Of a stretch of 64,000 nt of DNA, positions 1-13,600 are shown piece after piece. The position numbers and the translations under genes are program-made. The stretch spans positions 25,546,001-25,610,000 of the forward strand of contig NC_058369.1 of assembly GCF_018350175.1 (NCBI RefSeq), in the 5' to 3' direction. The notes beneath the pieces are model-generated. The model was not told the origin of the DNA. It was given only the letters and a program-made list of their open reading frames with translations, and did no database searches. Source of the stretch: Felis catus. Its lineage: Eukaryota. Within the stretch, counting starts at the first letter, position 1; each line of letters begins with the position of its first letter.

Positions 1-502
1 CACTTCTTTTCAACAAGAAGTACTAACTAGAGCAATTAGACAACAAAATAAAGGGCATCCAAATCAGAAAAGAAGTAAAATGATCTCTATTTGCAGATGA
101 CATGTCCTTATACGTAGAAAACCCTAAAGACCACATACAAAAAAATACCTTTTAAAACAAACTGACTCCGTAAAGCTACAGGATGCAAAAATCATTTGGG
201 AAAAAAAATCAGTTGCATTTGTTTATACCACCAATGGTCTATCTGGCAAGGAAATCAGGAGAACAATTTGACTTATGATAGCATCACAAAGAATATAATA
301 CTTAGGAATAAATTTAACCAGGAACATGAAATATCTGTACATTGAAAACTATAAAACATTAATGAAAGAGATTGAAGAAGACACAAATAAATGGAAAAGT
401 ATCCTGTGCTCATAGACTAGAAAAATTGGCATTGTTAAAATGTCCATACTACCTAAAGGGATCTACAGATTCAAAGTAATTCCTATCAAAATTCCAATGG
501 CA

Positions 503-697
503 GGGGCACCTGGGTGGCTCAGTTGGTTAAGCATCCAACTTCGGCTCAGGTCATGATCTCGCGGTTCATGAGTTTGAACCCTGTGATGGGCTCTGTGCTG
601 ACAGCTCAAGAGCCTGGAGCCAGCCTCAAATTCTGTGTCTCCTGCTCTTTCAGCCCCTCTCCCCACTTACACTCTGTCTCTCTCAAAAATAAACACT
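503..697 (+). mobile_element. CAN-SINE (tRNA-derived) inserted in old L1
   Basis: ggggcacctgggtggctcagttggttaagc head, CT tract, A-rich tail; TSD aaaattcc(a/t)atggca at 488-502 and 698-712. Confidence 0.92.
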
Positions 698-1382
698 AAA
701 ATTCCTATGGCAAAAAAAAAAAAAATTCTAAAATTTGTGTGGAACCACAAAAGACTCTATCTAAACAGCCAAAATAATCTTAAGAAAGAAGAAAAGAGTT
801 GAAAGCATCACAATTCCTGATTTCAAATTATATTACAAAGCTCTAGTGATCAAAACAATATGGTACTGGCATAAAAACAGACATATAAACCAATGGAACA
901 GAATAGCAAATCCAAAATAAAGCCAAGCATATAGTCAACTGATCTTTAACAAGGGCAACAAGAAAACACAATGTGAAAAGGAAAGTCTCTTCAATAAATG
1001 GTGTTGAGTAAATTGGATATCCACATATAAAAGAATGAAACTTTTATTATCTTACACCATACACAAAAATTAACTCAAAAGGCGCTCAAGACTGAAATGT
1101 AAAACCTTAAACCATTAAAATCCCAGAAGAAAACACAGGGGGAAAGCTCCTTCTTTTTTTAAGTTTATTTGTATATTTATTTTGAGAGAGAGAGAGAAAG
1201 CACAAGTGGGGAAGGGGCAGAGAGAGAGGGAGGGAGAGATAGAGAGAATCCCAAGCAGGCTCCACACCACCAGTGCAGAGACCGATGCGGGGCTTGAACT
1301 CACGAACTGTGAGATCATGACCTGAACCAAAGTCAGACGCTTAACCTACTGAGCCACCTAGGCACCCTGGAAAAGCTCCTTT

Positions 1383-1806
1383 AAAAAAAAAAAAAAAAGA
1401 AAGAAAAAGTATTTCTTTAAATTCACATTAGCATACAATGTAGAATTGGTTTCAGGAGTAGAACCTAGTCATTCCTCACTTACATATAATACACAGTGTT
1501 TATCCCAACAAGTGCCCTCCTTAATGCCCATCACCCATCTAGCCCATGCCCCCCCACACACACACCCTCCAGCAATCTTAAGTTTGTTCTCTGTATTTAA
1601 CAGCCTCTTATGGTTTGCCTCCCTATTTTTCCTTTCCCTTCCCCTGTGTTCAACTGTTTTGTTTCTTAGACTCCACTTGTCTTCCCCTGACTTATTTCAC
1701 TTAGCATAATACAACTCTAATTCCATACATGGAATAGACATATACACACATATATACATATACATACATACATACATATACATATATACATATGTATATA
1801 TGCATA

Positions 1807-1862
<56 letters not shown>

Positions 1863-3095
1863 ATCTTTATCCATTCATCTATCTATGGACACTCGGGCCA
1901 CTTCTATAATTTGGCGATTGTAGATAATGCTGCTATAAACTTCGGGGTGCATGTAACACTTCAAATTAGTATTTTTGTATCCTTTGGATAAATACTTAGT
2001 AGCACAATTGCTGGATTGTAGGGTTACTTCTATTTTTTAACTTTTTGAGGAACTTCCATACTGTTTTCCAGAGTGGCTGCACCACTTTGCATTCCTACCA
2101 ATGGTGCAAGAGGGTTCCCCTTTCTCCATATCCTCATCAACACCTGTTGTTTCTTGTGTTTTGAGTTTATTCTGACAGGTGTGAGGCGATATCTCATTGT
2201 AGTTTTGATTTGTATTTCCCTGATGATCAGCAATGTTGAATACCTTTTTATGTGTCTATGAGTCATCTGAATATCTTCTTTGAAAAAGTGTCTATTCATG
2301 TCTTCTGCCCATTTCTTTACTGGATTATTTCATTTTTGGGTATTGAGTTTGATAAGTTCTTTATAGATTTTGGATAGTAACCCCTTATCTGATATGTCAT
2401 TTGCAAATATCTTCTCCCATTTTGTCAATTACCTTTTAGTTTTGTTGTTTCCTTTGCTATACAAAAGCTTTTTATCTTGAGTTCTCAGTTCATTTTTGCT
2501 TATATTCCCCTTGTCTCCAGAGACATGTCTAGTAAGAAGTTGCTATAGGAAAGGTCGCAGAGAGGCAAAGAGGTTGCTGCCTGTTTTCTACTCTAGGATT
2601 TTGATAGTCTCCTGTCTTATGTTTAGGTCTTTCATCCATTTTGAATTTATTTTTGTGTGTGGTGAAAGAAAGTGGTCCAGTTTTATTCTTCTGCATGTTG
2701 CTGTTGTCCAGTTTTCCCAGCACTATTTGCTGAAGAGACTGTCTTTTTTCCATTGGATATTCTTTCCTGCTTTGTCAAAGATTAGTTGGCCATTTGTTTT
2801 TTGGTCCATTTCTGGGTTCTCTGTTCTGTTCCATTGATCTATGTACTTGCTTTTGTGCCAGTACCATATTGTCTTGGTGATTACAGCTTTGTAAAACAGC
2901 TTAAAGTCCAGAACTGTGATGCCTCTAGCTTTGGTTTTCTTTTTCAACATTATACTGACTAGTCAGGGTCTTTTCTGGTTCCATACAAATTTTAGAATTG
3001 TTGGCATTTAGAATGCTGGTGCTATTTTCATAGGGATTGCATTGAATGTGTAGATTGCTTTGGGTAGTATAGACATTTTAACAATATTTGTCTTT
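1383..3095 (-). mobile_element. 5'-truncated carnivore LINE-1 (ORF2 C-terminus + 3' UTR)
   Basis: Minus-strand peptides [27 protein letters not shown] and [12 protein letters not shown]; degenerate flanking repeat aaag(t)ctcctt. Confidence 0.88.
1740..1862. repeat. (TA)/(TACA) compound microsatellite
   Basis: Seen directly, inside the minus-strand L1. Confidence 0.95.
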
Positions 3096-4604
3096 AAAGT
3101 CTCCTTGACATTGGCCTTGGCAATGATTTTTTGGATAAGACAAAAGCTCAGGCAACAAAAGCAAAAATAAAGTGGGACTACATCAAACTGAAAGTTTCTG
3201 CACGGTAAGGGAAATCATCAACAAAATGAAAAGGCAACCTATAAACTGAGGGGAAATATTTGCAAATTATATATCTGATAAGGGGTTAATATAAAAAATA
3301 CATAAAAATTCATATAATATAAAAAAGAACCCAAACAATCTAATTTAAAAATGGGCAAAGGACCTGAATAGACACTTTTCAGAGAAGACATGCCAATGGC
3401 TAACCAGGTATATGAGAAGGCACTCGACATCACAAATCATCAGAAAATGCAAATCGAAACCACAGTGAGATATCACCTCACACCTTTTAGGATGAGAAGA
3501 AAAATGAAAGGTGACAAGTGTTAGTGAGGATGTGGAGAAAAGAGAACCCTTGTGCATTGCTGGTGTGAATGTAAATTGGCACAGTCACTGTGGAAAACAG
3601 TATGAAAGATCCTCGAAAAACTAAAAATAGAATGTTTAATCTAGCAATCCCTCTTCAGGACATGAAATCAGTACCTTAAATATATATCTGAAATTAGTTG
3701 GAAGATGGCAGTGTAGGAGGATGTTGGGCTCACCTCATCCTGCTGATTGCTTAGATTCCACCCACATCTGCCTAAATAACCCAGAAAACCACCAGAAGAC
3801 TAGCAGAACGGACTCTCCGGAGCCAAGCATGGACAAGAGGCCCAAGAAAGAGGGTAGGAGGGGCGAAGAGGTGCTGCGCACTACATGGACTGGAGGGAGG
3901 GAGCCGGGGCTGTGGAGGGGCAACCAGCCTGGCAAGGCAGAGCCCCCGAGTCTGGCTTGCAAAAGCGGAGGGGCCAGACGGAGTGTGTTCTGACAGTCAG
4001 CGGGACTTAACATCTGGAATGTTATAAACAACAGCTCTGCTCTCAGAGAGCCAGGAGGGCGAGAGGACACCTAGAGGGAGAGTTGTGAACCCCAGAAAAC
4101 AGAGCTCAGCTTGGCAGGGAATGAAGGCGCTGCCAAGTGCTGTATCCCTCTCCCATCCCCCAGCTCCCCTCACAGAGCTTGCTTGCACCGTGCAAACACC
4201 CAATGCTGTGCTTCTGTGGATCCATCGCTCCAACGGGTCTGCCTCCCTCTGGGTGCTGCAGGACTCCTCCCTCAGGGGACCACTGACAGCAAAGCAAGCT
4301 AAGCCTGCCCCTCCCGCCCCTGTGCACCTTGTGGATCCACCCCAGCTAATATACCAGATCCCACTGAAGCAGCACCACAAGCCTGGCAGTGTGCGAGTAG
4401 CCCAGACAGGGGCCACACCAATCCACAGTGAGTCCTGCCCCTGGTAAAGGGGAAGATAAGGTACACAACAGTCTGACTGTGGCCCCAGTGGTGGGCTGCG
4501 GACAGACATCGGGTCTGACTGTCGCCCCACCCACCAACACAAGTTCTCCAGACAGCACAGGGGAAGTGCCCTGCAGTTCCGCGCCACCCCAGGGACTATC
4601 CAAA

Positions 4605-5495
4605 ATGACAAAACGGAAGAATTCTCCTCAAAAGAAACTCCAGGAAGTAGCGACAACTAACAAATTGATCAAAAACGATTTAAGCAATATAACAGAACAA
4701 GAATTTAGAATGATAGTCATAAAATTAATCGCTGGGCTTGAAAAAAATATAGAGGACATCTAAGAATCTATTGCTACAGAGATCAAGGGACTAAGAAATA
4801 GTCATGAGGAACTAAAAAATGGTATAAATGAGGTGCAAAATAAAATAGAGGCAGCCATAGCACGGATTGAAGAGGCAGAGAAGAGAATAGGTGAATTAGA
4901 AGACAAAATTATGGAAAAAGAGGAAGCTGAGAAAAAGAGAGATAAAAAAATCCAGGAGTATGAGGGGAGAATTAGAGAAGTAAGTGATGCAATCAAACGG
5001 AACAATATCCGTATCACAGGAATTCCAGAAGAGGAAGAGAGAGAGAGAAAGGGGCTGAAGGTGTACTTGAACAAATCATAGCTGAGAACTTCCCTGATCT
5101 GGGGAAGGAAAAAGGCATTGAAATCCAAGAGGCACAGAGAACTCCCTTCAGACGTAATGTGAATCATCTTCTGCATGACATATCATAGTGAAACTGGCAA
5201 AATACAAGGATAAAGAGAAAATTCTGAAAGCAGCTAGGGATAAACACGCTCTAACTTACAAAGGGAGACCCATAAGAGTAGTGGCAGACCTATCTACTGA
5301 AACTTGACAGGCCAGAAAGGAATGGCACGAAATCTTCACTGTGATGAACAGAAAAAATATGTGGCTGAGAATCTTTTATCCAGCAAGTCATTTAGAATAG
5401 AAGGAGAGATAAAGGTCTTCCCAAACAAACAAAAACTGAAGGAATTCATCACCACTAAACCAGCCCTACAAGAGCTCCTAAGGGGGATTCTGTGA
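4605..5495 (+). pseudogene. L1 ORF1 (disrupted)
   Basis: MTKRKNSPQKK start; in-frame TAA at 4761-4763; frameshift in the GA run near 5040; ends ...KPALQELLRGIL*. Confidence 0.9.
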
Positions 5496-5562
5496 GGAAA
5501 ATGTTGCAAGGACCACAAAGTACCAGAACATCATTACAAGCATGAAACCTACAGACATCACA

Positions 5563-8500
5563 ATGACTCTAAACCCATATCTTTCAATAATAACACTGAA
5601 TGTAAATGGACTAGATGCTCCAAACAAAAGACACAGGGTATCAGAATGGATACAAAAACAAGACCCATCTATTTGCTGTCTACAAGAGACTCATTTTAGG
5701 CCTGAGGAAACATTCAGATTGAATGTGAGGGGATGGAGAACTATCTATCATGCTGCTGGAAGTCAAAAGAAAGCTGGAGTAGCCATACTTCTATCAGACA
5801 AACTAGACTTTAAATTAAAGGTTGTAACAAGAGATGAAGAAGGGCATTATATAATAATTACAGGGTCTATCCATCAGGAAGAGCTAACAATTATAAATGT
5901 CTATGCACTGCATACAGGAGCCCCCAAATACATTAAACAAGTAATCACAAACATAAGCAACCTTATTGATAAGAATGTGGTAATTGCAGGGGACTTTAGT
6001 ACTCCACTTAAAGCAATGGATAGATCATCTAGACACAGGATCAATAAAGAAATGAGGGCCCTGAATGATACATTGAATCAGATGGACTTGACAGATACGT
6101 TTAGAACTCTGCATCCCAAAGCAACAGAATATATTTTCTTCTTGAGTGCACATGGAACATTCTCCAAGATAGATCACATACTGGATCACAAAACAGCCCT
6201 TCATAAGTATAAAAGAATTGAGATCATACCATGCACACTTTCAGACCACAATGCTATGAAGCTTGAAATTAACCACAGGAAAAAGTCTGGAAAACCTCCA
6301 AAAGCATGGAGGTTAAAGAACACCCTACTAAAGAATGAATGGGTCAACCAGGCAATTAGACAAGAAATTAAAAAAATATGGAAACAAATGAAAATGAAAA
6401 CAACAATCCAATCGCTTTGGGATGCAGCGAAGGCAGTCCTGAGAGGAAAATACATTGCAATCCAGGCCTATCTCAAGAAACAAGAAAAATACAAATACAA
6501 AATCTAACAACACACCTAAAGGAAATAGAAGCAGAACAGCAAAGACACCCCAAACCCAGCAGAAGAAGAGAAATAATAAAGATCAGAGCAGAAAAAAAAC
6601 AATATAGAATCTAAAAAAAACTGTAGAGCAGATCAACGAAACCAAGAGTTGGTTTTTTGAAAAAATAAACAAAATTGATTAACGTCTAGCCAGGCTTCTC
6701 AAAAAGAAAAGGGAGATGACCCAAATAGATAAAATCAGGAATGAAAATGGAATTATTACAACCAATCCCTCAGAAATACAAGCAATTATCAGGGAATACT
6801 ATGAAAAATTATATGCCAACAAACTGGACAACCTGGAAGAAATGGACAAATTCCTAAGCACCCACACACTTCCAAAACTCAAACAGGAAGAAATAGAAAA
6901 TTTGAACAGACCCGTAACCAGTGATGAAATTGAATCAGTTATCAAAAATCTCCCAAAAAATAAGAGTCCAGGACCAGATGCCTTCCCTGGAGAATTTTAC
7001 CAGACATTTAAAGCGGAGATAACACCTATCCTTCTCAAGCTGTTCCAAAAAACAGAAAGGGAAGGAAAATTCCAGACTCATTCTATGAAGCCAGCATTAC
7101 TTTGATTCCTAAACCAGACAGAGACCCAGCAAAAAAAAAAAAAAAAAAAAAAGAACTACAGGCCAATATCCCTGATGAATATGGATGCAAAAATTCTCAA
7201 CAAGATACTAGCAAATCGAATTCAACAGCATATAGAAAGAATTGTATACCATGATCAAGTGGGATTCATTCCTGGGCTGCAGGGCTGGTTCAACTTTCGC
7301 AAATCAATCAATGTGATAAATCACATTAATAAAAGAAAAGATAAGAACCATATGATCCTGTCAAACGATGCAGAAAAAACATTGACAAAATCCAGCATCC
7401 TTTCTTAATAAAAACCCTTGAGAAAGTCGGGATAGAAGGAACATACTTAAATATCATATGAAAAGCCCACAGCTAATATCATCCTCAATGGGGAAAAACT
7501 GAGAGCTTTCCCCCTAAGACCAGGAACATGACAGGGATGTCCACTCTCACTGCTATTGTTTAACATAGTGTTGGAAGTGCTAGCATCAGCAATCAGACAA
7601 CAAAAGGAAATCAAAGGCATCAAAATTGGCAAAGATGAAGTCAAGCTTTCACTTTTTGCAGATGACGTGATACTACACATGGAAAACCCGATAGACTCCA
7701 CCAAAAGTCTGCTAGAACTGCTACATGAATTCAGCAAAGTCACAGGATACAAAATCAATGTACAGAAATCAGCTGCATTCTTATACACTAACAATGAAAC
7801 AAGAGAAAGACAAATAAAGAAACTGATCCCATTCACAATTGCACCAAGAATCATAAAATACCTAGTAATAAACCTAACCAAAGATGTAAAAGATTTGTAT
7901 GCTGAAAACTATAGAAAGCTCATGAAGGAAATAGAAGATACAAAGAAATGGAAAAACATTCTGTGCTCATAGATTGGAAGAATAAATATTGTCAAAATGT
8001 CAATACTACCCAAAGCAATCTACACATTCAATGCAATCCCAATAAAAATTGCACCAGCATTATTCTTGAAGCTACAACAAGCAATCCTAAAATTTGTATG
8101 GAACCACAAAAGACCCCGAATAGCCAAAGGAATTTTGAAGAAGAAGACCAAAGCAGGAGGCATCACAATCCCAGACTTTAGCCTCTACTACAAAGCTGTC
8201 ATCATCAAGACAGCATGGTATTGGCACAAAAACAGACACATAGACCAATGGAATAGAATAGAAACCCCAGAACTAGACCCACAAAAGTATGGCCAACTAA
8301 TTTTTGACAAAGCAGGAAAGAATATCCAATGGAAAAAAGACAGTCTTTTTAACAAATGGTGCTGGGAGAACTGAACAGCAACATGCAGAAGGATGAAACT
8401 AGACCACTTTCTTACACCATTCACAAAAATAAACTCAAAATGGATAAAGGACCTGAATGTGAGACAGGAAACCATCAAAACCTTAGAGGAGAAAGCAGGA

Positions 8501-9373
8501 AAAGACCTCTCTGACCTCAGCCGCAGCAATTTCTTACTTGACACATCCCCAAAGGCAAGGGAATTAAAAGCAAAAATGAACTATTGGGACCTCATGAAGA
8601 TAAAAAGCTTCTGCACAGCAAAGGAAACAACCAACAAAACTAAAAGGCAACCAACGGAATGGGAAAAGATATTTGCAAATGACATATCGGACAAAGGGCT
8701 AGTATCCAAAATCTATAAAGAGCTCACCAAACTCCACACCCAAAAAACAAATAATCCAGTGAAGAAATGGGCAGAAAACATGAATAGACACTTCTCTAAA
8801 TAAGACATTCAAATGGCCAACAGGCACATGAAAAGATGCTCAACGTTGCTCCTCATCAGGGAAATACAAATCAAAACTGCACTGAGATACCACCTCACAC
8901 TGGTCAGAGTGGCTAAAATGAACAAATCAGGAGACTATAGATGTTGGAGAGGATGCGGAGAAACAGGAACCCTCTTGCACTCTTGGTGGGAATGCAAACT
9001 GGTGCAGCCGCTCTGGAAAACAGTGTGGAGGTTCCTCAAAAAATTTAAAATAGATCTACCCTATGACCCAGCAATAGCACTGCTAGGAATTTACCCAAGG
9101 GATACAGGAGTGCTGATGCATAGGGGCACTTGGACCCCAATGTTTATAGCAGCACTTTCAACAATATCCAAATTACGGAAAGAGCCTCAATGTTCATCAA
9201 CTGATGAATAGATAAAGAAATTGTGGCTTATATACATAATGGAATACTACGTGGCAGAGAAAGAATGAAATATGGCCTGTTGTAGCAACGTGGATGGAAC
9301 TGGAGAGTGTTAAGTGAAATAAGTCATACAGAGAAAGACAGATACCATGTTTTCACTCTTATGTGGATCCTGA
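5563..9373 (+). pseudogene. L1 ORF2 (endonuclease/reverse transcriptase; disrupted)
   Basis: MTLNPYLSIITLNVNGL, CCLQETH, SDHN, PGPDAF, LFADD; several frameshifts (e.g. expanded A run near 7130-7152) and stops (8372-8374, 8801-8803). Confidence 0.92.
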
Positions 9374-9718
9374 GAAACTTAACAGAAGACCATGTGGGAG
9401 GGGAAGGAAAAAAAAAAGTTAGAGAGGGAGCCAAACCAAAAGAGACTCTTAAAAACTGAGAATAAACTGAGGGTTGTTGGGGGGTGGGAGGGAGGGGAGA
9501 GTGGGTGATGGGCATTGAGGAAGGCACCTGTTGGGATGAGCACTGGGTGTTGTATGGAAACCAATTTGACAATAAATTTCATATTAAAAATAAATAATAA
9601 ATATTATATTCAAAAATATATATATCTGCACTTCCATGTTCATTGTAGCATTATTCCCAATAGCTAAGATAGGGACACAAACTTAAGTGTTCACTAATGG
9701 ACAAATAAAGAAATTGCC

Positions 9719-9727
<9 letters not shown>

Positions 9728-9770
<43 letters not shown>
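9728..9770. repeat. (GT)n microsatellite
   Basis: About 21 GT units. Confidence 0.95.
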
Positions 9771-9775
<5 letters not shown>

Positions 9776-10426
9776 GAATAGAATATTATTAAGACTTAAA
9801 TTATTAATACTAAATTATAGATATTATTAAGACTTAAAGAGAGATCCTGTTATTTGCAATATGGGTCCATTGTAAGACATTATGATAAGTGAAAAAGTCC
9901 AACACAGAAAGGAAAAAGTTGCATGATGTCACTTATATGTACAATCCAAAAGCTGAATACATAGAACTGGAGTAAAAGGGCAGTCACCAGGGGTGGGGAG
10001 GTGGGGGAAACGGGGAGACTTTGGGCAAAGGGTACAAAGTTGCACTTATGTTGAAAATTATAAATTATTAAAAATTTTAAAATGAAACCCAGAGAGATAA
10101 ACACACACCTGTACAGATATAATTAGGGGAATCTGAATAATATCAGTAGATAATATCAATGTCAATATCCTTGTTGTGATATAATATAGTCTTGCAAAAT
10201 ATTACTATTGGGGGAAATTGGGTGAAATGAGCATGAAATCTATTACTTCTTACAACTGCATGTGAATTACTGATTATCACAATAAATATTCCATTTTAAA
10301 AAGTGGATACTAAATGTCAAGGGGAAACTGATTTTGTTTATTTATCCCACTTATTGTGATTTTAGCCTTAGTCAAGTTGAATGAAAACTAAAGAAACTTG
10401 AGTGGGTTAGAGAATTACAGTGTTAC

Positions 10427-10615
10427 CTTGCATTTTTTCTTACGAAGTTTTAAAGACGGCTTTATTAACCAGTCAAAGAGTCCTCTCAGAAGAGCTTGAT
10501 GATCTGGTTCTTGTAGAGGTCCTTTCAGGGAATTCAACCACGAGGATACAATTGGTTCCCATCCTAACTGTGAGGGTTCCAAATAAATCATGCCACAGCG
10601 GCTTACAGTGGCAGG
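10427..10615 (-). CDS. DNAH12: DNAH12 exon V (189 nt)
   Basis: [30 protein letters not shown]...LRKKKCK; donor AAG|GTAACA. Confidence 0.93.
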
Positions 10616-13600
10616 CTAGAGAAAAAAGACAAGTTTTCTTTTTCCAATGTTGCTTTCATGCCAGTAGTACCTGGCAGTCATTAACTACTTCTTTGAATGA
10701 CTTATAAGGCCTGTCATGATCTAGCACCTGTCTTCCTCTACAGCCTCCCAGACGTGTCATGGCTTCATATCTTTACATATCATGTTGTCATGATTTGGAA
10801 TGCCCAGCCCCAACTAATCTCCCTAGAGAAGTGTTGCCCTTCAAAGCCAGGTCAAATACTCAGACATTTTCCATGGTCCTCCTCTACCCATTCGCCTCTT
10901 GGGTACCCACCCCCTCCATATTCTTAGAGCACTTACATGTAGCAGTATAGTGGGATTATTTATGAGCATGCTTCTCATCCTTCCTAAATGAGCATAAGCT
11001 ATATCTTATTCATCTTAGTATTTCTGGTGCCTAACTAGTCTTCTGACATATAATAAAAAATACTTATTGACCAAATGAGCAAATAAACAATCTACTGTTA
11101 TGCTAAAACATGAACTTACTGAGGCCTGGGAAAGGTCCATTGCTTCAAAGATGAGGCTCATTTGAGGGGACATCTGAATGATTTCTCCACTCATAAGGCA
11201 AAGCTAAAGGCAATTATATTTCAAACATTTATTTTTTAAAAAACTCAAACTTCTCAAATAAAAATATATTGTAGGTATAAGATAATGTATATCCTGTGAT
11301 GTAAGTATTACATAAAAGCCAGAAAATTGTAAGCTAGATCTAGCTCGGTCAATACTTACTAGACGTAACATCTCTGACTCTCAGCCTCTTCATCTATAAA
11401 CTCGGTTAATTTCTCTCCCATAGAGTTAGGCGGGAGGAGAACTACATGACATACTTAAACTCGGTTAATTTCTCTCCCATAGAGTTAGGCGGGAGGAGAA
11501 CTACATGACATACTACAAAAATCCTATACAAATCTCAGTCCTTGCTATTAATAAAATTACATCGGTCAGGCACCTGGGTAGCTTAGTCATTCAAACATCT
11601 GACTTTGGCTCAGATCATGATTTCATGGTTCTTGAGTGTGAGCTCCACAAGGGGGTCTCTGTTGTCACAGCAAAGCCCCCTTTGGATCCTCTGTCCCCCT
11701 CTCTCTCTCTGCCCCTCCCCCAATCACACTCTCTCAAAACTAAATAAACATTTAAAAACATTACATGGGTTGCTGGAGGGGAGTTGGGTGGGAGGGATAG
11801 GCTAAATGGGTGATGGGCCTTAAGGAGGGCACTCATTGGAATGAGCACTTGGTGTAATATGTAAGTGATGAATCACTGGGTTCTACTCCTGAAACCAATA
11901 GTACGCTACATATTAACTAACATGAATTTAAATATATATAGTTTTAATCTTTTTTAATGTTTTTTTTTTTTTTGGAAGAGCGAGACAGAGCATGAGCAGG
12001 GGAGGGGCAGAGAGAGAGGGAGATACAGAATCCAAAGCAGGCTCTAGGCTCTGAGCTGTCAGCACAGAGCCCAATGCGAGGCTTAAACCTATGAACTGCA
12101 AGATCATGACCTGAGCCGAAGTCGGATGCTTAACCAACTGAGCCACCCTAAATAAATAATGTTTTAAAAATTACATGAAATACTCCTGACTTTATAAAGT
12201 TGTCAAAAGGTCTCCTTGTTAATAAAAAAAAAAAGAAAAATTGAAAATAAAGAATAATATGGACACTAATATACCCATCTCCTGTACTTAACCAACATTA
12301 AGATTTTCCCACATTTGCTTCCTTTTGTAAAGAAGTATTTTTAAGAGGCACCTGGCTGCCTCAGTTTGTAGAGCATGCAACTCTTGACCTTGGGGTTGTG
12401 AGTTCAAGCCTCATGTTGGGTGCAGAAATTACTTTAAAAAAAAAGGGGGGGCACCTGGGTGGCTCAGTCGGTTGAGCATCCGACTTCGGCTTAGGTAATA
12501 ATGTCATAGTTCATGAGTTCAAGCCCCGCGTTGGGCTCTGTGCTGACAGCTCAGAACCTGGAGCCTGCTTTGGATTCTGTGTCTCCCTCTCTCTGCCCCT
12601 TCCCCACTCATGCTCTGTCTCTCTCTGTCTCTCAAAGATGAATAAACGTTTAAAAAAAAATTTAAAAAGGATACTGAGGAATAAAACACTATTTTAAAGA
12701 GCATTATGCCCACCACGGCATTTCACATCCAAATATGTCAATATGCAGCTCCAAAAAATAAGAAGTTTTCAGGGCACCTGGTGTCTCAGTCGGTTAAATG
12801 TCCAACTCTTGGTTTCTGCTCAGGTCATGATCTCATGGTTTGTGAGATAGAGCCAGACTCTCCACCAACAGTGCAGAGCACTTGTTTGGGATTCTTTCTC
12901 TCCCTCTCTCTCCCTGCCCCTCCCCCACTCGCTCTGTCTCTCTCTCCAAATAAATAAATAAACTTAAAAAAAAAATAAACTGTTTTCTATATTACCTCAG
13001 TAACATTATCACACCTAACAAAATTACCAATAAGTCCTTAATATGATCTAATACTCAGCCAGTACTCAAATTTCCTCAATGACAACAGGAATATCTTTTC
13101 AACTGATTTACTCAAACCAAAATTCAATCAAGGACCATGCACTGCATTTAATATGCGGATATAGATCACTTTTAATCTAAAACATTCCTCTTTGAGAGAG
13201 AGGCAAACCAAGAAACAGACTCTTGGTCTTTGTCTAGAGGACAAACAGAGGGTAACCAGAGGGGAAGTGGGTGGGAGGGATGGATGAAATAGGTGATGGG
13301 GATTAAGGAGTCCACTTATGATGAGCACCTGGTGAGGTATGGAAGTGCTGAATCACTATATTGTACACCTGAACCTAATATTACACTGTATGCTAACTAG
13401 AATTTAAATAAAAACTTAAAAAATAAAATAAAATGTTCCTCTTCAATCAAATATGTAAAAAATCTCAATTTGTCAACTGCTTCCTTTCTGCCCAATTCCT
13501 TTCTTGTTCATTATTATTAAAGCCATCTCATCTTCTCAATTTCCTTGGCATCTACCTTTGGAATTATCATTAACTTTTAATAATTTTAATAATATTAATT

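Larger units (their letters stand above)
3691..9616 (+). mobile_element. Full-length (about 5.9 kb) felid LINE-1, inactivated
   Basis: GC-rich 5' UTR, ORF1, ORF2 (EN, RT with FADD, C-terminus), 3' UTR, AATAAA and A-rich tail; TSD core atatatatctg at 3680-3690 and 9618-9628. Confidence 0.95.
1..10060 (+). mobile_element. Old degenerate LINE-1 (ORF2 RT region to 3' UTR) hosting younger nested insertions
   Basis: Colinear L1 pieces at about 1-502 (LFADDM near 85-103), 713-1152, 3096-3690 and 9629-10060; each resumes after a TSD-flanked insert. Confidence 0.8.

Noticed and set aside
5542..9211. Endonuclease and reverse transcriptase ORFs as a novel RT-based system
   Set aside because: Ordinary LINE-1 ORF2 broken by frameshifts and stops.
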